Assembly: GCA_964430475.1 (NCBI GenBank)
Contig: CAYSEQ010000002.1
Span: 7,706-71,705 of the forward strand
Length of the DNA: 64,000 nt
Reading direction: 5' to 3'
DNA from: an uncultured Gammaproteobacteria bacterium
GTDB lineage: Bacteria; Patescibacteriota; Microgenomatia; UBA8517
Position numbers and translations under genes: made by a program. Of this stretch, positions 48,257-57,402 are shown in pieces. The notes beneath the pieces are model-generated. The model had not been told where the DNA came from and searched no databases. It saw nothing but the letters and a program-made list of their open reading frames with translations. Position 1 is the stretch's first letter; each line of letters opens with the position of its first letter.

Positions 48257-49336
48257 ATGAAAGCCATAATTCCAACAGGTGGAAGAGGCACAAGAATGCA
48301 GCCTCTGACATTTTCCACAAACAAGCATTTTATTCCTGTTGCTAATAAACCCTTAATCTTTTATCCAATTGAAACCGTAGCAGAAGCCGGTATTAAAGAT
48401 GTGGCAATAACTTATAATCCTGGTTGGCTTGATTTTGTCAAAAAATATTTAGGTGACGGAAGTAAATGGGGTTTAGAATTTACCTATATACTTCAAGAGG
48501 AGCCAATTGGTTTAGCCAATATTATTGAAGTTTGCGAGCAATATATCCAAAAGGATAGATTTTTACTACATCTAGGAGATAATATTTTCACAGAAGGGAT
48601 AAAGGAATTAGTTGGATATTTTGAGAGAGAAAAACCTCAAGGTTTGGTCGCAAAAGTAATACATCCAGAAAATTTTCGTCTGGGTGTTCCTGTATTTGAT
48701 AAAAGAGGTAGGTTGAAAGATTATCTCGAAAAACCTAAAAATCCTCCGAATAAGTATGCTATTCCAGGAATTTATTTTTTTGATAGCGTGGTTTTTGGTT
48801 GTTTCAAAGGTAAGGATAGGATAAAACCTTCTGAAAGAGGAGAATACGAGATTGTTGAACCTTTTAAATGGCTTATAAAAAGAGGCTTTCGTGTTGATGT
48901 TGTTGAATATAAAGGGAAGTGGCTAGATCCTGGAAAATTTGATGATTGGATTGAATCTAATCAGTTTCTTTTAGACAAGAACACCTCTTTCCAAATTAAA
49001 AGTAAAGTCGGAAAAGATAGCAAAATAGTTGGCCGAGTTAGTATAGGCTTGAGGTGTAAGATTAAAAATTCAGAAATAAGAGGCCCTGTGATTATTGGAG
49101 ATGATGTACTTATTATTGATTCTTATATTGGACCATACACCTCAATTGACGACGGATGTTTAATTGAAAAAAGTAGAGTTGAGAATAGTGTTTTGATGCA
49201 GAATGTAAAAATTGTAAAAGTAAATCAGTCTTTAGATAATTGTCTTATTGGGACACAAAGCGAGATTAAGGAATCAGATGGTCATTCAAATTGCTTAGAG
49301 CTTTTTGTGGGAGAAAAAAGCATTATAAGACTATGA
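48257..49336 (+). CDS. Sugar-1-phosphate nucleotidylyltransferase (long-form RmlA-like with C-terminal left-handed beta-helix)
   Basis: …AIIPTGGRGTRMQPLTFSTNKHFIPVANKPLIFYPIE… N-terminal NTP-transferase motif. Hexapeptide-repeat-like C-terminus. Heads the rmlBCD operon. Confidence 0.7.
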   Translation: MKAIIPTGGRGTRMQPLTFSTNKHFIPVANKPLIFYPIETVAEAGIKDVAITYNPGWLDFVKKYLGDGSKWGLEFTYILQEEPIGLANIIEVCEQYIQKDRFLLHLGDNIFTEGIKELVGYFEREKPQGLVAKVIHPENFRLGVPVFDKRGRLKDYLEKPKNPPNKYAIPGIYFFDSVVFGCFKGKDRIKPSERGEYEIVEPFKWLIKRGFRVDVVEYKGKWLDPGKFDDWIESNQFLLDKNTSFQIKSKVGKDSKIVGRVSIGLRCKIKNSEIRGPVIIGDDVLIIDSYIGPYTSIDDGCLIEKSRVENSVLMQNVKIVKVNQSLDNCLIGTQSEIKESDGHSNCLELFVGEKSIIRL

Positions 49337-50340
49337 AACTTTTAGTGACCGGTGGAGCTGGTTTTATTGGCTCAAATTTTATTCGTTATTGGTTGCAAAA
49401 CTACCCCAACGATAAGATCATAAATTTAGACAAACTTACCTACGCTGGTAATCTTTCTTCTACTAGGGATTTTTCTTCCAATAAAAATTATACCTTTGTG
49501 AAAGGGGACATTTGTGATCCTAAGATAGTTGGCGAGCTTATGGGTGGTGTGGACTATGTAGTTCATTTTGCTGCGGAAACTCATGTGGATAGATCTATAT
49601 TCAACCCCTTTATTTTTGTGAAAACAAATGTTTTGGGGACACAGGTTCTTTTGGAAGCTGCCCTAAAAAATAGAGTGAAAAGATTTCATCATGTATCTAC
49701 TGATGAGGTTTTTGGTTCCCTTCCTCTGAAAGGAAAGGAAAAATTTAGTGAAAAAACTTCTTATAATCCCAGAAATCCCTATTCAGCAAGTAAAGCTGCT
49801 GCAGATTTTTTGGTAAGAAGCTATCACGAAACTTATGGTTTGAATGTGACAATCACTAACACTTCCAATAATTTTGGTCCTTACCAGGATCCAGAGAAAT
49901 TTATTGCCCGATCAATAACCAATCTTATTGAGGGTGAGCCTATAAAGATATATGGTCAAGGCAAGAATATTCGCGACTGGCTTTATGTTGAAGATCACTG
50001 TCGTGCTATTGACTTGGCTTTGAAGAAGGGCAGAGATGGAGAAACCTACCTTGTAGGCGGATTAACAAAGGATCTAACCAACCTGGATGTTGCTGAAAAG
50101 TTATTGAAGATTTTTGGTTATAATAAGTCCTATATTAAATTTGTTAAAGATAGATTAGGTCATGATCAGCGCTATTCCATCAACTGGAGAAAGATAAAGA
50201 AAGAATTAGGATGGGAACCAAAGCATGATTTTGATATCTGGCTTAAGAAAACCGTTGATTGGTATAAGGAAAATGCTTGGTGGTGGAAACCGTTAAAAAG
50301 AAGAGCAGAGAAATTTTACCAAATTACTGGGCAAAATTAA
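49333..50340 (+). CDS. rmlB: dTDP-glucose 4,6-dehydratase
   Basis: …LLVTGGAGFIGSNF…, …HFAAETHVDRS…, YSASK catalytic motif. Confidence 0.9.
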   Translation: MKLLVTGGAGFIGSNFIRYWLQNYPNDKIINLDKLTYAGNLSSTRDFSSNKNYTFVKGDICDPKIVGELMGGVDYVVHFAAETHVDRSIFNPFIFVKTNVLGTQVLLEAALKNRVKRFHHVSTDEVFGSLPLKGKEKFSEKTSYNPRNPYSASKAAADFLVRSYHETYGLNVTITNTSNNFGPYQDPEKFIARSITNLIEGEPIKIYGQGKNIRDWLYVEDHCRAIDLALKKGRDGETYLVGGLTKDLTNLDVAEKLLKIFGYNKSYIKFVKDRLGHDQRYSINWRKIKKELGWEPKHDFDIWLKKTVDWYKENAWWWKPLKRRAEKFYQITGQN

Positions 50341-50894
50341 TGCATAGAAATAAATCTTCTTATATAGTTGAAACCTCTATACCTGGTCTTTTGGTTATCA
50401 AAAAGCCTACTTTTAATGATAAAAGAGGTTTTTTTAGAGAAGTGTTTCGTTTAAAGGAGTTAGCGGAGTGTGGTGTTGAGTTTAAACCCGTTCAGATGAA
50501 CCATTCATTTTCTCAGCCTAGAGTGATAAGAGGACTTCATGCCGAAAATTGGAATAAACTAGTTTATCCAATAAGTGGAAAAATGTTTGCTGCAGTTGTA
50601 GATATTAGACCTGAGAAAAAAAGTTTTGCCAAGGTTGAGACATTCATTTTTGACGAAAGAGATCCATTTGGGCTATTTATTAGCAAGGGTTTGGCAAATT
50701 CAATATGTGTAATCGGTGATGTAGGGGTTCATTACATTTATCTTGTAGACGCCTATTATGATGGTAAAGATACGAGGGCTATTTCGTGGGATGATCCAGA
50801 TTTGTCTATTGATTGGCCTGTTAAAAATCCAATATTATCAGATAGGGACAAGAATAATCCGAGGTTAAGGGACATCTTTCCTGAAAAATTTTAA
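50340..50894 (+). CDS. rmlC: dTDP-4-dehydrorhamnose 3,5-epimerase
   Basis: …FNDKRGFFREVF…, …RGLHAE… cupin motifs. The ATG overlaps the rmlB TAA by 1 nt. Confidence 0.85.
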   Translation: MHRNKSSYIVETSIPGLLVIKKPTFNDKRGFFREVFRLKELAECGVEFKPVQMNHSFSQPRVIRGLHAENWNKLVYPISGKMFAAVVDIRPEKKSFAKVETFIFDERDPFGLFISKGLANSICVIGDVGVHYIYLVDAYYDGKDTRAISWDDPDLSIDWPVKNPILSDRDKNNPRLRDIFPEKF

Positions 50895-50899
50895 AAAGT

Positions 50900-51811
50900 A
50901 TGAGAGGTCTAACATTGGTAATTGGTTCAGAGGGTTTGGTGGGATCGCGATTTGTGGAAATATCTGAAAATAGAAGCGCATTTATACTTCCAAGACAGGT
51001 GGAACTAGATATAACAAAATTCTCAGAAATTAAGGCTGTGATCTCTTCATATAATTTTACAAGTGTGGTGAATTTTGCCGCTTTTACAGATGTTTCTAAA
51101 GCAGAGGAACAAAGGGGAGATAAAAATGCCGAATGTTGGCAAGTAAATGTTGAGGGTGTGAAAAACTTGGTTGAGGCAGTAAAGCCTTATAAAACACGGA
51201 TCCATTTTATTCAAATTTCAACCGACATGGTATTTCCCGGAACGAAGGACGATCCAGGACCTTATCTTGAGAATCATCCTCTGGATCATGATCTAAGTCA
51301 ACTTTCATGGTACGGTTATACCAAGGCGGAAGCCGAGAAAATAATTCGGAATGAATTGGGTTTATTTTCGACAGTGGTAAGAATTAGCTATCCTGTCAGA
51401 GCAAGGTTTGATGCAAAACTTGACTATATTCGAAAGATTCTAAATCTATTTGATGAAGGGAAACTCTACCCTATGTTTTCTGATCAGCAGATTTCTATTA
51501 GCTTTATAGATGAAGTGTGCAAAGCTTTGGATATTATTATTTCACAGAATCATAGAGGCACTTTTCATGTTAGTTCAAGAGATACAACCACACCCTATGA
51601 ATTAGCATCTTATGTTTTAGAAAAATTAAGAGGAGTAAAAGAAGTTGTTATGCCAACCACACTCGATCAATTTTTGCTTCAGGGGAATAACCCTCTACGT
51701 TATCCCAAATATGGTGGTTTGAGTGTTTCTATTACACAGCATAAATTAGGGGTAACCTTCAGCTCTTGGAGAGAAATAGTGGATAAAATAATTACTCAAG
51801 GTCTAAACTAA
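50900..51811 (+). CDS. rmlD: dTDP-4-dehydrorhamnose reductase
   Basis: …LVIGSEGLVGSRF… Rossmann motif, YGYTKAEAE catalytic YxxxK. 303 aa. Confidence 0.8.
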   Translation: MRGLTLVIGSEGLVGSRFVEISENRSAFILPRQVELDITKFSEIKAVISSYNFTSVVNFAAFTDVSKAEEQRGDKNAECWQVNVEGVKNLVEAVKPYKTRIHFIQISTDMVFPGTKDDPGPYLENHPLDHDLSQLSWYGYTKAEAEKIIRNELGLFSTVVRISYPVRARFDAKLDYIRKILNLFDEGKLYPMFSDQQISISFIDEVCKALDIIISQNHRGTFHVSSRDTTTPYELASYVLEKLRGVKEVVMPTTLDQFLLQGNNPLRYPKYGGLSVSITQHKLGVTFSSWREIVDKIITQGLN

Positions 51812-51959
51812 TCCCCTGAGCTTGATATTGAATTGATCCTTTTGTAAAATACTTTAACCTAGATTAAATTTCACTGCCTCATAAGTTTTAAGATTTCTCA
51901 CAAATTTTAATAAAAAATCTTATTTAGTTGATCTTTTCTGCATTATCTAAATTCTAAAG

Positions 51960-54900
51960 ATGAGTGATTTGGAAATAATTGTACCTATTAGTGAGGAGGT
52001 TAGTATTAGTAAAATTGAAGAATTTTACCAGAGATTAGATTTTTCTTTGGTATCCGCTGGAATAGATTACAAAGTAATTTTTGTAGACATTTCATCTAAA
52101 GATTCCGTGAAAGATATTGTTCGTCACCTCACTAATAGTCACTTAAGTTTTCCTTATGAGTTTAATTTAGGAAAGAATAATCTAATTTATCACGCAAGTT
52201 TACATAAGAAGAAAGCAAATTCTAGAAATGGCAAGATAGAACTTTTTTTAAACAAAGTAAAAGAGAATGGGGTGTCTCAAATATTAGAAGCATTTAAGTC
52301 AACAACTTCCCCATATCTTGCCTTGATTGACAGCAATTCTCAGTACCCTCTAGAGGCTATAGCTAAAATGTATTCGCTTCTTAAAGATTATGATGTAGTT
52401 GTTCCTAAAGTTAAAAAATATACTACACCTACATTTCAGCCAAAATTTACTACTAAATTATATCGCTTTTTTAAGGCAAAGGTGTTTAAAAAGTCGGATA
52501 TGGATATTCAGTTCGATCTTGGACTTTTCAGAAGAGACCTTGTCGAAATTCTGTATGAGGTTGGAATAGAAGAACAACATAATTTGGGCTTAGCCCTACT
52601 TCTTACAGCCCAAAAAGTTGGTATGAAAATAGGTTCGGTAGATGAAGAGTTTCAGGGAAGAAAGGAAAATACTTCGATTTTAAATTTTCTCAAGTCATCT
52701 CTAAAATCAAGGTCTGAAAATACAAACTCCATTGTCAATCCTACATATCAAAAATTTAATAAAAATGGCAAAGTTTTTTACAAAGGTAAAGAATTTATCA
52801 CTTACACCGATCTGCCTTTTGGTCTTTCAGCTATAAAAGTATTAACCCTATGGCAAAAAATTTTTTTACTTAGTTTTATTTATTTTTTGCTTTTTGGGTT
52901 TTTTTTAAACATCTCTTATACTTTAGTTTTAATTTTTGCATTTTTTACGATTTTATATTTTTCAGATTTGGTATTTACAATTTTTATTCTTTATAAAAGT
53001 GTGTCTTCTTCACCTGAGATTAGGTTTAAAAAAATAGAGCTTCAGAATCTTGAGGAAAAAAATCTACCTATTTATAGCGTTATCTGCCCATTGTACAAAG
53101 AGGTAGAAGTTTTACCAGATTTCATTGGTGCCATAAGCAAGATAGATTGGCCAAAGGATAAGCTTGATGTAATTTTGATTTTAGAAGAAGATGACTATGA
53201 AACAAGAACCGCACTTAAGGATTTTAGCCTTCCTGAGTATTTTAGAATTTTAGTTGTTCCAGATTCGCTACCCAAGACAAAGCCAAAGGCTTGCAACTTT
53301 GGCCTTATGCATGCAAGGGGAGAATATTTAGTAATTTACGATGCAGAAGATAGACCCGAGCCGCTTCAATTGAAAAAAGCTTATTTAGCATTTCAAAGGG
53401 TTGGGCAGGATGTGGTTTGCCTTCAATCAAAACTAAATTATTATAATTCAGATCAAAATTTACTTACTAAACTTTTTACAGCGGAGTATTCGTTGTGGTT
53501 TGATTTAATTCTTCCAGGTTTACAGTCAATAAATACTATTATTCCGCTTGGAGGTACAAGCAACCACTTTAGGGTAGATGCATTGTGTAAATTAAGAGGT
53601 TGGGATCCTTTCAATGTTACCGAAGATTGCGATTTGGGTGTCAGAATTTTTAAAAGTGGTTATAAAACTGCCATTATTGATTCCACAACATTTGAGGAAG
53701 CAAATAGTAATGTCAAAAGTTGGATCAGGCAGCGCTCACGCTGGATTAAAGGTTATATTCAAACCTATCTGGTGCACACTAGGAACCCGTTGGATTTTGT
53801 TAGGAAACACAAATTTCATGCGTTACTTTTTCACTTGATTATCGGTGCTAGGACGGTTTTTGTCATTCTAAATCCGATTCTTTGGATTCAAACCTTATCT
53901 TACTTTCTTTTCCATGATATTTTTGGTCCAATTATTGAATCTTTCTATCCTGCACCCATTTATTATTTTGCTGTAGTTTGTCTAGTGTTTGGGAATTTTT
54001 TATACCTTTACAACTTCATGATTGGTTGCGCAAAAAGAAGGTATTGGTACTTGGTAAAGTATATGTTTTTTACACCATTTTATTGGTTAATGTCCAGCAT
54101 CTCAGCTTTGATCGCCTTTTATCAATTAGTTAAAAAACCTTACTTTTGGGAAAAAACTCAACACGGTTTACATTTAGGTATTCTTGATAGGCAAATCTTT
54201 AGTCCATTTACAGAGCTTACTCCTAAAAGTAACATTCTTAATCCTTTTAGATTCCTTAAGTTTATTTTCATAGTTGCAAAGAAAAATTTTTTAGATTTTG
54301 CCTATTTGTTCGATGATCTTAAGATTTCTTATTATCTTAAGGAAGGTAGGATCAAGATTTTGATATTTAACTGGCGGGACATTAAACATAAATGGTCAGG
54401 AGGGGCGGAGGTATATGTTCATAACTTAGCCAAAGAGTGGGTTAAAAGGGGTCACAAAGTAACTATTTTTTGCGGTTGGGATGGTGAGGGTAGAAGGGAC
54501 GAGATTATTGATGGCGTAAAGGTTATAAGACGAGGTGGTTTTTACACTGTTTATCTTTTTGCTTTTTTGTATTATATTTTCAAATTTAGGGGAATTTTTG
54601 ATGTTGTTATAGATAGCGAGAATGGCATTCCATTTTTCTCTCCCCTTTTTGTTAGGATACCTAGTATTTTATTAATCTATCATGTACATCAGGAAATTTT
54701 TAGAAAGTATCTCCCTTTTCCGTTGGCTAATTTGGCAAGTTTTCTAGAATCAAGATTAGTTCCTCTTGTCTATAAAAAATCTTCTGTGGTAACCATATCG
54801 CAGTCTTCGAAAAACGAAATTGTTCAGCGAGGTTGGATTGACGAGGAGAGAATCAGCATAATATACCCCGGTACTGATAAAAAACTTTTTGTACAGTCTC

Positions 54901-55496
54901 CTAAAACGGAGTATCCTTCTTTTATATATTTAGGCAGGCTTAAACCATGGAAGCGCGTAGATGTTGCAATTAAGGCTTTTTCTTTAATTTCTAAAAAATT
55001 TCCTGAAGCAAGATTTACTGTTGCAGGTTTTGGAGAAAGTTTGCCAAGTTTAGTAAAGCTTGTCAGAGATTTGGGTCTAAAAGATCAAGTTGATTTTATA
55101 GGTGAGGCTCCAGAGGATAAAAAAGCCTTGCTTTTTTCTAAAGCTTGGGCTGCGATTCAACCGTCGTTATTTGAAGGATTTGGTATTACCGTGATTGAAG
55201 CAAATGCTTCTGGTACATGCGTTATCGCATCGGATACTTCCGGACTGCGGGATTCAGTTGTAAATGCTAAGACAGGGATCCTTGTCCCAGTAGATGATAT
55301 TGAAAAGCTAAGCCAGGCTATGGAAAGGATTATCGTTGATTCTCAATTACGTGAGAGTCTATCAAATGCAGCGAGAATCTGGGCAAAAAATTTTGATTGG
55401 GAAGTTTCTGCAAAGAAGTTTGAGGAGATTATAAAGAAAGTGGTCTTTATAAGTCAGGTTCTACCTGAGTATAGCTTTATCGGCATCCGTGTCTAA
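51960..55496 (+). CDS. Tri-domain membrane glycosyltransferase (1178 aa): GtrB/DPM1-like GT2 domain, multi-TM processive GT2 (cellulose/chitin/PNAG-synthase-like) and C-terminal GT4 domain
   Basis: Domain 1 …LEIIVPISEE…DYDVVVPKVKK…. Domain 2 …YDAED…, …TEDCDLGVRI… and …QRSRWIKG… (D,D,TED,QxxRW) between TM blocks. Domain 3 …EGFGITVIEANASGTCVIASD… (GT4 E-x7-E). Confidence 0.8.
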   Translation: MSDLEIIVPISEEVSISKIEEFYQRLDFSLVSAGIDYKVIFVDISSKDSVKDIVRHLTNSHLSFPYEFNLGKNNLIYHASLHKKKANSRNGKIELFLNKVKENGVSQILEAFKSTTSPYLALIDSNSQYPLEAIAKMYSLLKDYDVVVPKVKKYTTPTFQPKFTTKLYRFFKAKVFKKSDMDIQFDLGLFRRDLVEILYEVGIEEQHNLGLALLLTAQKVGMKIGSVDEEFQGRKENTSILNFLKSSLKSRSENTNSIVNPTYQKFNKNGKVFYKGKEFITYTDLPFGLSAIKVLTLWQKIFLLSFIYFLLFGFFLNISYTLVLIFAFFTILYFSDLVFTIFILYKSVSSSPEIRFKKIELQNLEEKNLPIYSVICPLYKEVEVLPDFIGAISKIDWPKDKLDVILILEEDDYETRTALKDFSLPEYFRILVVPDSLPKTKPKACNFGLMHARGEYLVIYDAEDRPEPLQLKKAYLAFQRVGQDVVCLQSKLNYYNSDQNLLTKLFTAEYSLWFDLILPGLQSINTIIPLGGTSNHFRVDALCKLRGWDPFNVTEDCDLGVRIFKSGYKTAIIDSTTFEEANSNVKSWIRQRSRWIKGYIQTYLVHTRNPLDFVRKHKFHALLFHLIIGARTVFVILNPILWIQTLSYFLFHDIFGPIIESFYPAPIYYFAVVCLVFGNFLYLYNFMIGCAKRRYWYLVKYMFFTPFYWLMSSISALIAFYQLVKKPYFWEKTQHGLHLGILDRQIFSPFTELTPKSNILNPFRFLKFIFIVAKKNFLDFAYLFDDLKISYYLKEGRIKILIFNWRDIKHKWSGGAEVYVHNLAKEWVKRGHKVTIFCGWDGEGRRDEIIDGVKVIRRGGFYTVYLFAFLYYIFKFRGIFDVVIDSENGIPFFSPLFVRIPSILLIYHVHQEIFRKYLPFPLANLASFLESRLVPLVYKKSSVVTISQSSKNEIVQRGWIDEERISIIYPGTDKKLFVQSPKTEYPSFIYLGRLKPWKRVDVAIKAFSLISKKFPEARFTVAGFGESLPSLVKLVRDLGLKDQVDFIGEAPEDKKALLFSKAWAAIQPSLFEGFGITVIEANASGTCVIASDTSGLRDSVVNAKTGILVPVDDIEKLSQAMERIIVDSQLRESLSNAARIWAKNFDWEVSAKKFEEIIKKVVFISQVLPEYSFIGIRV

Positions 55497-57402
55497 AATG
55501 AAAATTCTTTTTTCAAATTATGACGATATAAAAAATCCTTACTACGGAGGAGGCGGAGCTTTTGCGATACATGAAGTGGCAAAAAGGCTTGCAAAGAAGC
55601 ATTTAGTAAAAGTTGTAACTGGTAGTTATCCTAATGCCAAGGATGAGATTATAGATGATGTTTTTTACAAAAGAATAGGACCTTCTTTGGTAGGTCCGAG
55701 AATTGGCCAAATCTTATATCATCTGTTTCTACCGATCTTTATTAGGAAAGAGGAATTTGATATTCTCTTTGAAAGCTTTACACCGCCGCATTCAACCTCA
55801 TTCACACCTATTTTTACAAGAAAACCTGTCGTGGGTATTGCTCACATGCTGGCATCTGAGGATATGCAAAGGAAGTACAAGTTACCTTTTGGCTTGGTTG
55901 AAAAAATTGGACTTAAATTTTATAAGGATATAATTGTTGTTAATCCCGAGATTAAAAAGGACATATTAAAAGCGAACCTTAAGGCTAGAGTAAAAGTTAT
56001 ACCAAATGGGGTCGATATACCTAAAAAGAGAAAAGTTAATTCAAAAAAAGAACACATACTCTTTATAGGCAGAGTTGAAGTAAATCAAAAGGGATTAGAT
56101 CTATTGTTGGAAGCTTTCAGGAAAGTTTTATCTAGCAAAACAAAGATAAGATTGGTGATTGCAGGAGGAGGTTTAGAGAAAGAAATAAAATCTTTAAAGA
56201 AACAAGTTTCTTTATTGTCGCTTAACAAAAAAGTAAAAATATTGGGACGGGTTGAAGGGGCTTTAAAACAGAAAATCTTTGAAAAAGCATTTTTTGTTGT
56301 CATTCCCTCAAGATTTGAGACTTTTTCAAGAGTTGCCTTGGAAGCGTGTAGCTTTTCGCTTCCAGTGTTATGCTTTGACATCAAGGGCTTAAAATGGTTG
56401 CCTAAAAGTCTTTCTTTGAAGGTTAGACCTTTTGATGTTGATGAACTCTCCAAAGGTATATTAAAGCTTTATTCTGATAAGAAATTGAGAAAGAAGTTAT
56501 CAAGAGGTGCGTTCGAATTCTCTAAAAAGTTTAATTGGGAGGAAATTTCAAAGGAATATGAAGAATATGTTTATAAGTTTTACCCTTTTTCTAGAAAAGA
56601 AAGAAATTTTGAAAAAGTACTTAAAAGGATTATTTCGGGGAAAAAAGAATGTTTCTTTATTTCTCCTCATCTAGACGACGCTATTTTTTCAGTGGGGGGA
56701 ATAATTTCTTACCTTGCGGGTAGGACAAATGTGTACATCATAAATGTCTTTACCAAAGCCTCAAGAGGTCCTTATACACTATCTGCAAGAAGAGCAATTT
56801 TAGGTAAAGCTAAAGATGCCCAAGATCTTTATCGTATAAGAAAGATTGAAGATAAAAGGGTATTTGAGAGTTTGGGAGTAAAATCTTTGAATTTGGGATT
56901 TACTGAAGCTTTATATCGGAGAACTAATATCAGAAAGCTTAAAAAATTAACCATGTTTTTAGGAAAAGTTTTCCCGGAGTTTCTCTTTCTTTACCCAACT
57001 TATTGGTTTCATATAAATAGAGGTAAGATTCATCAAGAGGATAACGAACTAATTGAGAAAATTTCTAAGAAATTAAGAAAGCTTATTCCAAAAAGAAAAA
57101 AAGTTTTAATTTTTTGTCCTCTTGCAGACAACAGCCATGTTGATCATCTGTTGGTGAAGGAGGCTGTATGTAGGAATTTCAAGAATGTTTGGTTTTGGCA
57201 GGACTTGCCCTATCTAGCCGGTAAGGAATTTGAAATCTCTCAGAAATTTTCAGGTAGCCGTTACTTATTTAGGGTACATCCAGAGGTAAAAAAGCCGCTT
57301 ATATCTTTTTACAGATCTCAGCTTCCTAAAAGTTTAGAAAAGATGAAGTGTGAATTGTTTATGAATGAAAACGTCTGGATAGATTCCAAGAAAAATTTAT
57401 GA
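55489..57402 (+). CDS. Bifunctional GT4 glycosyltransferase / PIG-L (LmbE-like) N-acetylglucosaminyl deacetylase fusion
   Basis: N-terminal GT4 (…YYGGGGAFAIHEVAKRLAKKH…, E-x7-E region). C-terminal PIG-L motifs …FFISPHLDDAIFSVGGIIS… and …ADNSHVDHLLV…. Confidence 0.75.
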   Translation: MSKMKILFSNYDDIKNPYYGGGGAFAIHEVAKRLAKKHLVKVVTGSYPNAKDEIIDDVFYKRIGPSLVGPRIGQILYHLFLPIFIRKEEFDILFESFTPPHSTSFTPIFTRKPVVGIAHMLASEDMQRKYKLPFGLVEKIGLKFYKDIIVVNPEIKKDILKANLKARVKVIPNGVDIPKKRKVNSKKEHILFIGRVEVNQKGLDLLLEAFRKVLSSKTKIRLVIAGGGLEKEIKSLKKQVSLLSLNKKVKILGRVEGALKQKIFEKAFFVVIPSRFETFSRVALEACSFSLPVLCFDIKGLKWLPKSLSLKVRPFDVDELSKGILKLYSDKKLRKKLSRGAFEFSKKFNWEEISKEYEEYVYKFYPFSRKERNFEKVLKRIISGKKECFFISPHLDDAIFSVGGIISYLAGRTNVYIINVFTKASRGPYTLSARRAILGKAKDAQDLYRIRKIEDKRVFESLGVKSLNLGFTEALYRRTNIRKLKKLTMFLGKVFPEFLFLYPTYWFHINRGKIHQEDNELIEKISKKLRKLIPKRKKVLIFCPLADNSHVDHLLVKEAVCRNFKNVWFWQDLPYLAGKEFEISQKFSGSRYLFRVHPEVKKPLISFYRSQLPKSLEKMKCELFMNENVWIDSKKNL

